A DNA stretch of 45,405 bases from a virus, in IMG/VR virus record IMGVR_UViG_3300034069_000390, positions 1 to 45,405 of that record. One strand, 5' to 3'. Shown one piece after another: positions 32,933 through 41,894 of this stretch (its first letter is position 1; every line of letters begins with the position of its first letter). A program made the translations under genes and the position numbers. The notes beneath the pieces were generated by a model. That model was not told the DNA's origin, ran no database searches, and worked only from the letters and a program-made list of their open reading frames with translations.

Positions 32933-35254
32933 CTATTCTGAAGCCGAAAAGTACCGCTTCGACACCTTTTTGTTCCTCGGGTGCGTGCTTTCCTCGACTC
33001 TGAGGTCGCCCCGCTTCGTCATCGCAGCCAGCTCTTCTTCCACCTCATTGCGCTTAAACGTCCGATCTAGCCGGTTCAAAATCACGCCCTCTGTCTCGCC
33101 CAGCCCGCCGCTCACAAGACTCAGGATGCGCGCTTGCATCGCTTTGCGGGGACTGCTTTTGACAGAATCATTCCCCACAACCAACCTAACCTTGTCCTCA
33201 AGGTCACGCTTGACCAACGCAAACGCCCACCGGACATGCTCAATCGTTCGCAGCTTTTCGGGGATGGCGAGGATCAAGGAAACCTTGGCCACAATCTCGT
33301 AGGCCCCCAGATAAATGGCCTCCAGACCGGACAGAGACTTGTGTTCCTCCGCCTGGTCTTCCATCCATCGCGAGATAGTCCACAGAAGCTCCGTAGCGGG
33401 CTTCTCAGTAGGCACGCACACCCTCTCGTCATAGTTCTCGACGCGCGATCCTGCTTCGCTGTCGTAACTGTCGCCGGTCCAGATTGCGCGAACGTAGTTG
33501 GCCAGTCGTTCCGGCAACGGAGGGCGCTTAAAGCCTTCGCGAGCGCGCGGCACCGTCTCCTTTTCATTGAAGATCAGCGAGCGCCCGATAAAGCCGTTAG
33601 TGGCCATGTCGTAGTTCATCAGACCGTCAAATGTCACCGGCGTGGTAATGCCCATCAACGACACGAAAGGCCGCTCGATGCCGTGATCTAACGTTGATAG
33701 TGCCCGCTCGACGGAAGCCTTGCGATTTACAAGATAGGGACGCTCCCCATCCTCCAGCAGCTTTTCCAACTGCGACAGTTCGCTAGTTAGTTGCTTGCGC
33801 ACCTCTTCCTTGCCGTCACCAGTCAGCAGCATATAATCGTTCGCCTTGGAGTAGGCCAACATCAGAATCATCGGCACGCCCTCAAGGTAGGATGCACCGC
33901 CACGCTTTTGCGCGTTGGAGATCTTGGCCAAGAACAGGCCCACCTCGTCCACGATGTAGAAACTGGCCTGATGGCGGGTGAGGTTGCGTGTCACCTCTTG
34001 CTCCGACTTGATCGAACCATGAGCCGCACCGGATATACCAGCAGTGCGCAGCAAGGTTATAGCTGCCTGCTGGATGCCTTCCTTGCCTGTCCGGGAACCT
34101 GCCACACAAAAACAGAACAGGTTGGCCGTGACCGAGCTAATATCATCCACATAGCGCAAGCCGCCGATGTTGCCGATGCTCGTTAGGGCTGCAGCTACCG
34201 CAAGATGCTTGCGTGGCCGGAACGACTGGCTATCAATCCACTCTGCAACTTCGCCAACAAAACCCGGAGGCCGCGTGAGGTCTATCCCCGAAATATCGCA
34301 TGGCAAGCCGCCCGGTATTTCTTTGACTGGCGCTGGCGTGTCATCTTCGCCAGCCAACGCAACCGGCATGATCCAGCCACCTTGCCTGGCGTAGTGGATC
34401 AGTGTGCCAATCGTAACCGGGTTGGCTGACTTGCCGAAGCTATGCCACTTGCGCTCCATATTGGATTGGTCATGTTTGTGGGATTGCTCCGACCAGCCTT
34501 CCCAATATTCGTATCCCGCGCCGCCTGTGGCATGATGGACGGCCATGCCGATGGCGATCCAGGATTCATAATCGAGATCGTTGTTCGGGATGTAAGACAA
34601 CATCTCGCCAATGTCGGATAGTGACACGTCGATAGAGTGGCCATCGTACTCGGTGCGGCGACGTTCCGGCTGGCGCAGGAGTTGCAACAACCCCTCTGGT
34701 GCATCGCCTATATCATCAGGCGTGCCGTCGGCGCTATAAATGCCGCCCGACACGTGTGCGGAACCAGGGCCAACCACATACCCAGATGACTTAAAGTCGA
34801 TGCCGGGATATGCCTTGAGATGTGCCACCAGCGACAGCGTACCGGGGATGCGAAAGTAGAGATGCTGAGATCCGCCACCACTGCCTGTTTGCACCGCAAG
34901 GCCAGCTCCTGCAATTTCGGGCACCTTTTCGAGCAGCTTGCCGTAGCTTTTCACGCCACCGTTGCGCGCGTCCACATCGACTACCAGCAGACCACGGCAC
35001 AGGACACCATAGCCTGTGTCGTAGACGCCTAGCTCTTCGCCATCGGCTATGTTGTCCTCATGCCAGGCTGGGGTGTGTTGCCAGTTTGAGGTGCGAGGAT
35101 GCTTGCCAGCCGCTTCGCAGTCAGATTCACCGCACTCGCATTGTCCACCGACCTTGAAGCGGTAAAGCGGAAAAATCCGATAGCCGGCCTCCCAAAAGTC
35201 GCGATACATCATCTGGCCTATGCGTGGGCGTTTGCCGCAATCCCTGCCTGTCAT
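32933..35254 (-). CDS. bifunctional primase-polymerase (AEP) fused to a PriCT and DUF3987-like NTPase/helicase region
   Basis: LLVVDVDARNGG (DxD), GGGSQHLYFR (sxH), YIPNNDLDYESWIAIGMAVHHA (PriCT-like), FCVAGSRTGKE (P-loop). Confidence 0.8.
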   Translation of the reverse strand: MTGRDCGKRPRIGQMMYRDFWEAGYRIFPLYRFKVGGQCECGESDCEAAGKHPRTSNWQHTPAWHEDNIADGEELGVYDTGYGVLCRGLLVVDVDARNGGVKSYGKLLEKVPEIAGAGLAVQTGSGGGSQHLYFRIPGTLSLVAHLKAYPGIDFKSSGYVVGPGSAHVSGGIYSADGTPDDIGDAPEGLLQLLRQPERRRTEYDGHSIDVSLSDIGEMLSYIPNNDLDYESWIAIGMAVHHATGGAGYEYWEGWSEQSHKHDQSNMERKWHSFGKSANPVTIGTLIHYARQGGWIMPVALAGEDDTPAPVKEIPGGLPCDISGIDLTRPPGFVGEVAEWIDSQSFRPRKHLAVAAALTSIGNIGGLRYVDDISSVTANLFCFCVAGSRTGKEGIQQAAITLLRTAGISGAAHGSIKSEQEVTRNLTRHQASFYIVDEVGLFLAKISNAQKRGGASYLEGVPMILMLAYSKANDYMLLTGDGKEEVRKQLTSELSQLEKLLEDGERPYLVNRKASVERALSTLDHGIERPFVSLMGITTPVTFDGLMNYDMATNGFIGRSLIFNEKETVPRAREGFKRPPLPERLANYVRAIWTGDSYDSEAGSRVENYDERVCVPTEKPATELLWTISRWMEDQAEEHKSLSGLEAIYLGAYEIVAKVSLILAIPEKLRTIEHVRWAFALVKRDLEDKVRLVVGNDSVKSSPRKAMQARILSLVSGGLGETEGVILNRLDRTFKRNEVEEELAAMTKRGDLRVEESTHPRNKKVSKRYFSASE

Positions 35255-35421
35255 GCGGCACCCTTCAGGTACTCGATCAATGCGCTAACTACCCGATGCG
35301 ATGGGTCTTTGGTTTGCCCATCGCGGATGGCGGCAATTGTGTTGTGGTGGATACCAGTACGTTCCGCGATGATGGGAATCCGTCGATCCGCCAAAGCCGC
35401 CTGCAACTCATCAATAGTCAT
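35251..35421 (-). CDS. Cro-like small HTH regulator (56 aa)
   Basis: MTIDELQAALADRRIPIIAERTGIHHNTIAAIRDGQ. First gene of the minus arm, ATGA-coupled to the Prim-Pol gene. Confidence 0.6.
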   Translation of the reverse strand: MTIDELQAALADRRIPIIAERTGIHHNTIAAIRDGQTKDPSHRVVSALIEYLKGAA

Positions 35422-35516
35422 TTTCTCGCCTTTTTGTAAAATACCGCTTGACCCTAGCCATAGATCACAAGATAAGCAAGCCCGTAAGAAGCAGCAGCAA
35501 CAGGAGCAAGCAGACA
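35422..35516. promoter_or_regulatory. divergent early control region
   Basis: 95-bp gap between divergent first genes. TTGACC-N17-GATAAG on the plus strand at 35448-35476, then AGGAG and the ATG at 35517. Confidence 0.35.
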
Positions 35517-36326
35517 ATGAGCGTACTCGCTACGGGCCGCGTATCAACACGCCGACCCTTGATCGCCACGCTGGTGGGCGGCCCCAACACCGGCAAATCA
35601 AGCCTCGCCTGCACCTTCCGCAAGCCGTACCTGCTGCGTACCGAGGGTGAGAACCTGCCTTCCGACATTCCCGATGCACGTCTGCCGGCTGGACCGGATG
35701 AGCCGCTGGCCGGCGCGGACGAGCTATGGTCGCAGCTCAACGGCCTGTTAGGAGAGGATCACGACTTCGCCACGCTCATCATCGACAGCACCTCTGGTCT
35801 GGAAGAAATGTTCGCCAACCAAGTGATGAAGGAAAGCGGCAAGAACACGCTGGCAACCGCTCTTGGCGGCTACGGGGCGGGTTACGAGGCGGTTGCCGCG
35901 ATGCACGGACGAGTCCGCAAGTATGCAGAACTGTTACGCCGCGAACGTGGTATGTCCACGATCTTCATCGCTCACTCGGATATCAACCGTTTGGAACCGC
36001 CAGACTCCGAGGGCTACACCCAGCACGGGCTGCGCCTGCACAAGAAGTCTGTCCGCCACTACGTTGACAGCGTAGACTTGGTTGGCTTCATCAAGCAGGA
36101 AACCATCCTGAAAGGCGAGGAAGGGTCCAAGAAGGCCATCACCACAGGTGGCCGCGTGCTGGTCGCCTACCTCACCCCTGCCAGCGTCGCGAAGAACCGG
36201 ATGGGCATCACCGAAGACCTGCCGTTCGAGTTTGGCGAAAACCCGATCTATCGCTGGATCAAGGAAAATGCGGCTGCGCAGAAGGCTGCTGCTGCCACCC
36301 CCGTTAACGAAGAAGAGGAAGCATAA
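35517..36326 (+). CDS. AAA_24 / Sak4-like RecA-fold ATPase
   Basis: Walker A LVGGPNTGKSSLA and Walker B ATLIIDSTSG. AGGAG upstream of the internal ATG. Confidence 0.7.
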   Translation: MSVLATGRVSTRRPLIATLVGGPNTGKSSLACTFRKPYLLRTEGENLPSDIPDARLPAGPDEPLAGADELWSQLNGLLGEDHDFATLIIDSTSGLEEMFANQVMKESGKNTLATALGGYGAGYEAVAAMHGRVRKYAELLRRERGMSTIFIAHSDINRLEPPDSEGYTQHGLRLHKKSVRHYVDSVDLVGFIKQETILKGEEGSKKAITTGGRVLVAYLTPASVAKNRMGITEDLPFEFGENPIYRWIKENAAAQKAAAATPVNEEEEA

Positions 36327-36328
36327 AC

Positions 36329-36904
36329 ATGTCATTCTGGGCACTTAGCGATGGCGGCTCAGCCGTCACCAACGAAAAAGAATACGATGCAGGCGGCGGT
36401 TCGTTTGAAGTCATACCCAAGGGCACCTCAGTGCTTGCTGCTGTAGGCGATGCAAGCTGGAAGGCGGTTTACCAGCGGGACGAGGAATTTGTTAACGTCA
36501 AGTGGCAGATCTTGAAGCCCGAAGCCTATGCAGGCCGCGTGCTGTTCCAGAAGCTGTTTGTGGGCGACGATGACCCCAACACTCCACCCGACAAAATGCC
36601 CGCCAAGCGCGACAAGCACAAGCGCATGCTGATGGCCATCGATGCCAACTCCAAGGGGCGGCTGGCCAAGATCACGTCTCGTCCGAGTGATGACGACCTG
36701 GCGCTGGCGCTGATGAACAGCCAAGCGGTCCTGACGCTGGGTGTTTGGGATAAGGACGTGGATGGAAAGAAGGAGCCTGGTGGTAATTGGGTCTCCAGCA
36801 TTAAGCCGAAGTCTGCGGCGATATCTGAAGTGGCCAAGGCTCCGGTGAAGAAGGATCCTGCCTCCAACTTCGCTACGGATGATGACGACGATATTCCGTT
36901 TTGA
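36329..36904 (+). CDS. phage ssDNA-binding protein (DUF669-like)
   Basis: Follows the Sak4-like ATPase. Acidic SSB-type C-terminal tail DDDDDIPF. Confidence 0.65.
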   Translation: MSFWALSDGGSAVTNEKEYDAGGGSFEVIPKGTSVLAAVGDASWKAVYQRDEEFVNVKWQILKPEAYAGRVLFQKLFVGDDDPNTPPDKMPAKRDKHKRMLMAIDANSKGRLAKITSRPSDDDLALALMNSQAVLTLGVWDKDVDGKKEPGGNWVSSIKPKSAAISEVAKAPVKKDPASNFATDDDDDIPF

Positions 36905-36915
36905 GGAGCAGTCGC

Positions 36916-37107
36916 ATGAATTACAGAGTTGTTGAAACCGACAATTACGGCGGCGACTATCCAGACGAAAAATGGGCATTGCCCTACTGTATGGCTGAAG
37001 ATGTCGCCAAGGATATTGCCAAGATCCTGAACGATCATATGGCTCACAACAGGTACTGGAAGGTTGTCACAAAAGACTACACGCTCCAGCCAGCTTTTGA
37101 GCACTAA
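36916..37107 (+). CDS. hypothetical protein (63 aa)
   Basis: GAGGAG sits 7 nt before the internal ATG. Confidence 0.6.
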   Translation: MNYRVVETDNYGGDYPDEKWALPYCMAEDVAKDIAKILNDHMAHNRYWKVVTKDYTLQPAFEH

Positions 37108-37170
37108 TCCTACCACTACCAGACCCCCATGTATGGAAGCATGGGGGCGAGGATAGAGATAGGAGAAGCC

Positions 37171-37455
37171 ATGAGCCGACAATCTAGGCGTAACAAACGC
37201 GACTTCGTTCAAAGGTCAATCTATCACGATTTACCAGCGCATGCCAAGTTTGTGAAAACGGGGCACTTTGGCGATTGGATCATGTCCAAAGGCGGCGCGT
37301 GTATTCACACAACCAACCAATATGAGGTCGCTCGATGGCGCTCTTGGTGCAAGCATGACGTGGCCGTGCTTTACAAGAAAGCGGATGGCACACTGACTTG
37401 GACGCTAAGCGCGGCTGACGATTACAGAGCTTTTATGGCGGAGTGCTACGGATGA
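37171..37455 (+). CDS. hypothetical protein (94 aa)
   Basis: AGGAG sits 6 nt before the internal ATG of ORF 37129..37455. Confidence 0.6.
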   Translation: MSRQSRRNKRDFVQRSIYHDLPAHAKFVKTGHFGDWIMSKGGACIHTTNQYEVARWRSWCKHDVAVLYKKADGTLTWTLSAADDYRAFMAECYG

Positions 37456-38321
37456 TCGAACAACGCACCCCGGAGTGGCACGAGCAACGCGTAGACCGCG
37501 TCACAGGCTCAGTGGTGGGGGCCATCCTTGGCCTGTCGCCATACATGACCCGCGCCGATGTCATGCGCTCCATGGTCCGCGCCGCTAAGGGCGCACCAAG
37601 CGAGTTCACCGGCAACGTCGCAACGCAGTGGGGCACCGCCATGGAAGCCGGGGCTATCGCAGAATTTGAGATGGAAACGAGCGAGCGGGTCGAAGCGATG
37701 CCGTTTGTGCCATACGAGGATTGGCTAGGCGCGTCGCCTGACGGCAAGGTCAGTGATGGCAAAGGCCTGGAGGTCAAGTGCCCATATTTCATTCGCAACG
37801 ATCCGCGCCCCGTGTTCAAGTCGCTGGACGAGCAGCCGCACTATCATGCGCAGATCATGATCGAGGCATTCTGCTGCGGATGGGACTCGGTGTGGTTCTA
37901 TCAGTGGACGCCGCACGAAACTTCCCGCAAGCTGATCCACCGCGACGATGACTGGCTAAATGCTAACCTCCCCATCCTGCGCCAGTTTCATGCCGAATAC
38001 CTGCACGAATTGGCCAACAACGCAGACGAACACCTAGCCCCCCTGCGCGTCACCATAGACACGCCTGATGCACACAAGATGGTAGCTGAATGGGACCAGC
38101 TTGCCGAAGCCATCGAACTGGCAACCGAGCGCAAGAAGGATCTGCTGGCAGAGATGGTGGCGCTGGCTGGCGAGAAGAACGCTCTCATCGCAGGTCGCAA
38201 GCTGACGCAGACGAACAAGGCCGGTTCCGTGTCTTATGCCAAGGTAGTGAAGGAAAAGCTGCCGGGTCTGGATCTGTCGCCTTGGACTGGGAAGGCGTCG
38301 TCTTTTTGGGGGTTGAAGTAG
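37452..38321 (+). CDS. YqaJ-like recombination exonuclease (PD-(D/E)XK)
   Basis: RTPEWHEQRVDRVTGSVVGAILGLSPY and GASPDG...GLEVKCP motifs. ATGA overlap upstream. Confidence 0.75.
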   Translation: MIEQRTPEWHEQRVDRVTGSVVGAILGLSPYMTRADVMRSMVRAAKGAPSEFTGNVATQWGTAMEAGAIAEFEMETSERVEAMPFVPYEDWLGASPDGKVSDGKGLEVKCPYFIRNDPRPVFKSLDEQPHYHAQIMIEAFCCGWDSVWFYQWTPHETSRKLIHRDDDWLNANLPILRQFHAEYLHELANNADEHLAPLRVTIDTPDAHKMVAEWDQLAEAIELATERKKDLLAEMVALAGEKNALIAGRKLTQTNKAGSVSYAKVVKEKLPGLDLSPWTGKASSFWGLK

Positions 38322-38327
38322 ACAGCC

Positions 38328-40127
38328 ATGCTGCGGGAGTACCAACAACTCGCCTGCGATGCCGCCCTGGACTACATGCGGACCACCACCAGCCCATGCC
38401 TGATCGATGCAGCGCCAGCTGCGGGCAAGAGCCATATGATAGCCTACATCGCAGATCGCCTGCACGCCATTAGCGGCGGCAAGCGGATTCTGTGTCTTGC
38501 GCCGAACGCTAAGCTGGTAAACCAGAACCGTGAGAAGATGCAGGCCACGGGCCACCCGTCGTCGATATTCTCGGCAAGCGCTGGAGCTAAGTCCACCAAG
38601 CATAATATAATTTTCGGGACACCCGGCACGGTCATCAATGCCATATCGCGATTCAATGACGGATCATACTGCGCTGTGGTCATCGACGAATGCCACGGCG
38701 TGACACCCACTATCCGCGCCATTATTGAGGCCATGCGGCTGGGCAATCCTAACCTGCGGGTGATGGGCCTGACCGGGACGCCCTACATATTGGGCAAAGG
38801 TTATATCTACCGTCAGCAACCCAATGGGCGTGTCCATGGCGAAGAAGTGTGCCGCGACCCATATTTTACGAGATGTGTCTACCGCGTCTCCGCCCGCGAA
38901 ATGCTGGATGCCAAATATATCACTCCCATGACCGTGGGCGAGATCAACGCGCAATCCTATGATACCAGTGGCGTGGTGTTGCTGCCGAACGGTCACCTAG
39001 ACACGGCCACAGTGGAGCGCGCCTTTGTGGGCCATGGCAGGCAGACCGCGCACGTAGTGGCTGATGTAGTGGCGCAGGCCCAACACCGAACGGGTGGTGT
39101 GATGCTATTCGCCGCCACCGTGGCGCACGCGCATGAGATCATGGCGTCCTTGCCTCCTGGTAACTCTGTGCTGGTGACGGGTGACATGTCACCCGCTGAC
39201 GAGAAGGCGGCTGTGCTGGCTTACCGCAACCACAAGAAACGTTATGTCGTATCGGTGGGGAAGCTTACGACCGGGTTCGATAGCCCCTGGACAGAGATCA
39301 TCGCTGTGCTGCGCTACACCGAAAGCGCCACGCTATTAACACAGATCCTTGGGCGCGCCTGGCGACTGTTTCCCGGCAAGACGGATTGCCTGTGGCTGGA
39401 CTATGCTGGCAACCACGAACGTCACTTCCCTGATGGCGATATCTACAACCCCACCATCAAGGCAGGGAAGGCCGCTAAGGAAGGAGAAGGCATACAAGCC
39501 GAGTGCCCCGCTTGCGGCTACGAAAACGCCTTCAGCGCCACTCCTGACGGGCAGGAATACAAGCTGGACAAGCATGGCTACTGCCTGGACGTATTTGGCG
39601 AGCGGATCGAGACCGATTACGGACCGATGCCGGGTCACTTCGGCAGACGCTGCAATGGGTTGGTGAAAGTCGGTCCGGAATACGACAGATGCGGATATTA
39701 CTGGACGAGCAAGGACTGTGAGGCATGCGGCGAAAAGAACGACATCGCCGCTAGGTTTTGTCGCAGCTGCAAGGCAGAGATCATCAACCCTAATGACAGG
39801 CTGGTGATGGAGTTTGAAGCGCTCAAAAAGGATCCGCACGCGCCACAGACAGATGTCGTTCTTTCTATGACCACCAAGGAAAGCATCTCGCAAAAGGGCA
39901 ATCCTACGGTGCGGGTGGATTGGGTGACACCGCACAGGAAGTTTAGCGTGTGGTTCCAAAAAGAGGCAACCCACCCCCGCGCCGCAAAAGACTGGCGACG
40001 GTTCCAAGAAGCTACCGCACATGGCCAGCCAGAGACGGTTTCCTATCTCAAAGAAGCCGCCTCATCTTTTTTCCGGATCCTCGGATACAACAACCCGGTA
40101 GACACCCTAGAAAGCCTTGCCGCATGA
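38328..40127 (+). CDS. SF2 (DEAD/DEAH-like) DNA helicase with C-terminal zinc ribbons
   Basis: AAPAAGKS (motif I), VIDECH (motif II), LTGTP (motif III), QILGRAWR (motif VI). CPACG and CEACG...CRSC in the C-terminal third. Confidence 0.8.
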   Translation: MLREYQQLACDAALDYMRTTTSPCLIDAAPAAGKSHMIAYIADRLHAISGGKRILCLAPNAKLVNQNREKMQATGHPSSIFSASAGAKSTKHNIIFGTPGTVINAISRFNDGSYCAVVIDECHGVTPTIRAIIEAMRLGNPNLRVMGLTGTPYILGKGYIYRQQPNGRVHGEEVCRDPYFTRCVYRVSAREMLDAKYITPMTVGEINAQSYDTSGVVLLPNGHLDTATVERAFVGHGRQTAHVVADVVAQAQHRTGGVMLFAATVAHAHEIMASLPPGNSVLVTGDMSPADEKAAVLAYRNHKKRYVVSVGKLTTGFDSPWTEIIAVLRYTESATLLTQILGRAWRLFPGKTDCLWLDYAGNHERHFPDGDIYNPTIKAGKAAKEGEGIQAECPACGYENAFSATPDGQEYKLDKHGYCLDVFGERIETDYGPMPGHFGRRCNGLVKVGPEYDRCGYYWTSKDCEACGEKNDIAARFCRSCKAEIINPNDRLVMEFEALKKDPHAPQTDVVLSMTTKESISQKGNPTVRVDWVTPHRKFSVWFQKEATHPRAAKDWRRFQEATAHGQPETVSYLKEAASSFFRILGYNNPVDTLESLAA

Positions 40128-40540
40128 AGTTCCCTTCCTGGCTCCCGGTCTATGGCGATCCTGCATTCAGGGGCAAATGCCCGCTGGAGCACGTCGAGCA
40201 ATCGTCCATCATCAACCGCATTCGGCGGGAGTATCCCGAGACGTGGGGGAGGCTGGTACTTCACCCTCGGAATGAGGGATTGAAGGAGAAAGGCCAGTTC
40301 TCAACCGTGCTGAAGCACAAGGCGGAAGGAATGGCAGTGGGCGCATCAGATTTGGTTATACCAGCCGCTCCCAGCCTAGTATGCGAAGTCAAGCGCTGCG
40401 ATCACACGCTATCCCACTGGCAGGATGGGCAGCTTGCCTATCTGGAGGCGGCACAGAACGCAGGGTCTTTTGCCTGTGTGGCGTTGGGTGCTGTTGGGGC
40501 ATGGGATGCATTTAGAGAATGGCTGACGTGGACGAAATAA
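40124..40540 (+). CDS. VRR-NUC domain nuclease
   Basis: GASDLVI...LVCEVKR (D...E-x-K). ATGA overlap with the helicase gene. Confidence 0.65.
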   Translation: MKFPSWLPVYGDPAFRGKCPLEHVEQSSIINRIRREYPETWGRLVLHPRNEGLKEKGQFSTVLKHKAEGMAVGASDLVIPAAPSLVCEVKRCDHTLSHWQDGQLAYLEAAQNAGSFACVALGAVGAWDAFREWLTWTK

Positions 40541-40773
40541 AACGCCCCTCCCAATGGCTTGCCCAAGTCCTATCCGGCCAGATCAAAATGGAAAACGCGC
40601 CCGCTTCTATCCAAAGCTGGGCGCGTTTCGAGATTTATCAGGGAGCGCGGGAGGTTGTGCGAATGGGGCTGGTAGAGGATCGCCGCGCCGCTATGGCGAA
40701 GATTCCCCCCAGCATCCGTCCTTACGTAGAGGCTGAGGTTAAGAGGATATGGCCCCAGCGCCACGATCTTTAG
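40519..40773 (+). CDS. hypothetical protein (84 aa)
   Basis: ORF track. 22-nt overlap with the upstream gene. Confidence 0.5.
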   Translation: MADVDEIKRPSQWLAQVLSGQIKMENAPASIQSWARFEIYQGAREVVRMGLVEDRRAAMAKIPPSIRPYVEAEVKRIWPQRHDL

Positions 40774-41029
40774 GGCTATGCCGACACCCAACATCCCCAC
40801 GAACACCGCAAAACGAGCAAGCATCGCGCGTCACCCTGGACGCCATGATCTCCGCCTCGCGCTCCATTGATTGCACGGCACGCTTCCAGCCGGCCATGGT
40901 GGTTCCGCCAGTGGATCCGCGCCACAGTAGCCCCGTGGGGCCGCGTCCTGTTGCTAGGGCACGCAGGAACAGCTTGTTGGTGATGGCGGCTGCGTCAATG
41001 TCGGTCATGTAGTCGTGGGGGTCGGTCAT
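40739..41029 (-). CDS. hypothetical protein downstream of the methyltransferase (96 aa)
   Basis: ATGA overlap with the methyltransferase stop. The C-terminal third has poor coding character, so the true end is uncertain. Confidence 0.4.
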   Translation of the reverse strand: MTDPHDYMTDIDAAAITNKLFLRALATGRGPTGLLWRGSTGGTTMAGWKRAVQSMEREAEIMASRVTRDACSFCGVRGDVGCRHSPKDRGAGAISS

Positions 41030-41697
41030 GATGCGGCTCCTGCGGAAAGGAAAAGGTCGCCTTGGCGTTGGGCTTGTTCGATGCGGTGGCAGGCTATGTC
41101 GAAGTACTTGGGTTCGCGTTCGATGCCTATGAAGTCGCGGGCCATTTGGACAGCGGCGACTCCGGTGGTGCCGGAGCCCATAAAGGGGTCAAGGATGGTG
41201 GTTGCAGGGTCTGGAAGGTGTCCGATGCACCATTTCATGACGCCGATAGGTTTTTGCGTGGGGTGATCGCCGCGTGTCTCGCCTTTGGCGCGCAGCATGC
41301 CGTTCCACATGAATTTGATGCGACGAACAGCCTTGGGTAGGTTTGTCCATGCCAATTCACAATCAGCGAAATCGTTGTCGCCGTTTTCTTTGTCCCACAC
41401 AAGCCAGCAAGAGGTGGGTGGGCATGGATAGTAGTTCCCGCCAAAGATTATGGCCCATCGGCCAGCCTTGCGGACCATAGCCATGACCTCCGGGTCTATT
41501 GGCTCGTTGTCCCAAGTGTCATCACCATAGTCTATAGTCGGACCCAATCCCTTCCTGGTCTTAGCCTTACCAGCAGCCTCACCAATCCCATAAGGCGGAT
41601 CTGTCACCACAGCATCGACCTTGCCCAGCCCCGGCAAAATATCCCGGCAATCCCCCAAATACAGCGTAGCCCGCCCAATCTTCTCGGCGCGGGTCAT
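41026..41697 (-). CDS. beta-class DNA methyltransferase (N6-adenine or N4-cytosine; CcrM/HinfI-like motif order)
   Basis: VVTDPPYG (motif IV) precedes DHPTQKP and ILDPFMGSGTTGVAA (motif I). Internal ATG at an ATGA overlap with the upstream HTH gene. Confidence 0.85.
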   Translation of the reverse strand: MTRAEKIGRATLYLGDCRDILPGLGKVDAVVTDPPYGIGEAAGKAKTRKGLGPTIDYGDDTWDNEPIDPEVMAMVRKAGRWAIIFGGNYYPCPPTSCWLVWDKENGDNDFADCELAWTNLPKAVRRIKFMWNGMLRAKGETRGDHPTQKPIGVMKWCIGHLPDPATTILDPFMGSGTTGVAAVQMARDFIGIEREPKYFDIACHRIEQAQRQGDLFLSAGAAS

Positions 41698-41894
41698 GCT
41701 TGCGCCTCCAAAGAAGCCAGATAGTCTTCCACGCCTTTCAGCGCACGTACACGAGCCGCTGTTTGTGTTTTGCCTTTCTTGGCCCGCCAATATGTGATGA
41801 GGCCTACGCCTGATTGTGTCACCGCATCTCTTTCCGTCAGCCGAAGCCGGGCAGCGCGCCCTTCAATGGCCGAAAACGCTTCATCGAAGTCCAT
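41694..41894 (-). CDS. small HTH protein upstream of the methyltransferase (controller-like, 66 aa)
   Basis: AAGGAG sits 6 nt before the internal ATG. LTERDAVTQSGVGLITYWRAKKG HTH-like segment. Confidence 0.55.
   Translation of the reverse strand: MDFDEAFSAIEGRAARLRLTERDAVTQSGVGLITYWRAKKGKTQTAARVRALKGVEDYLASLEAQA

Noticed and set aside
40570-40824. A minus-strand ORF with a TM-like N-terminus (MLARFAVFVGMLGVGIALKIVALG).
   Set aside because: About 80 percent of it is antisense to the better-supported plus-strand gene 40519-40773. It is not coupled to the methyltransferase cassette, and the rest of its translation is poor. It is kept only as a caveat for the uncertain 3' end of gene 40739-41029.
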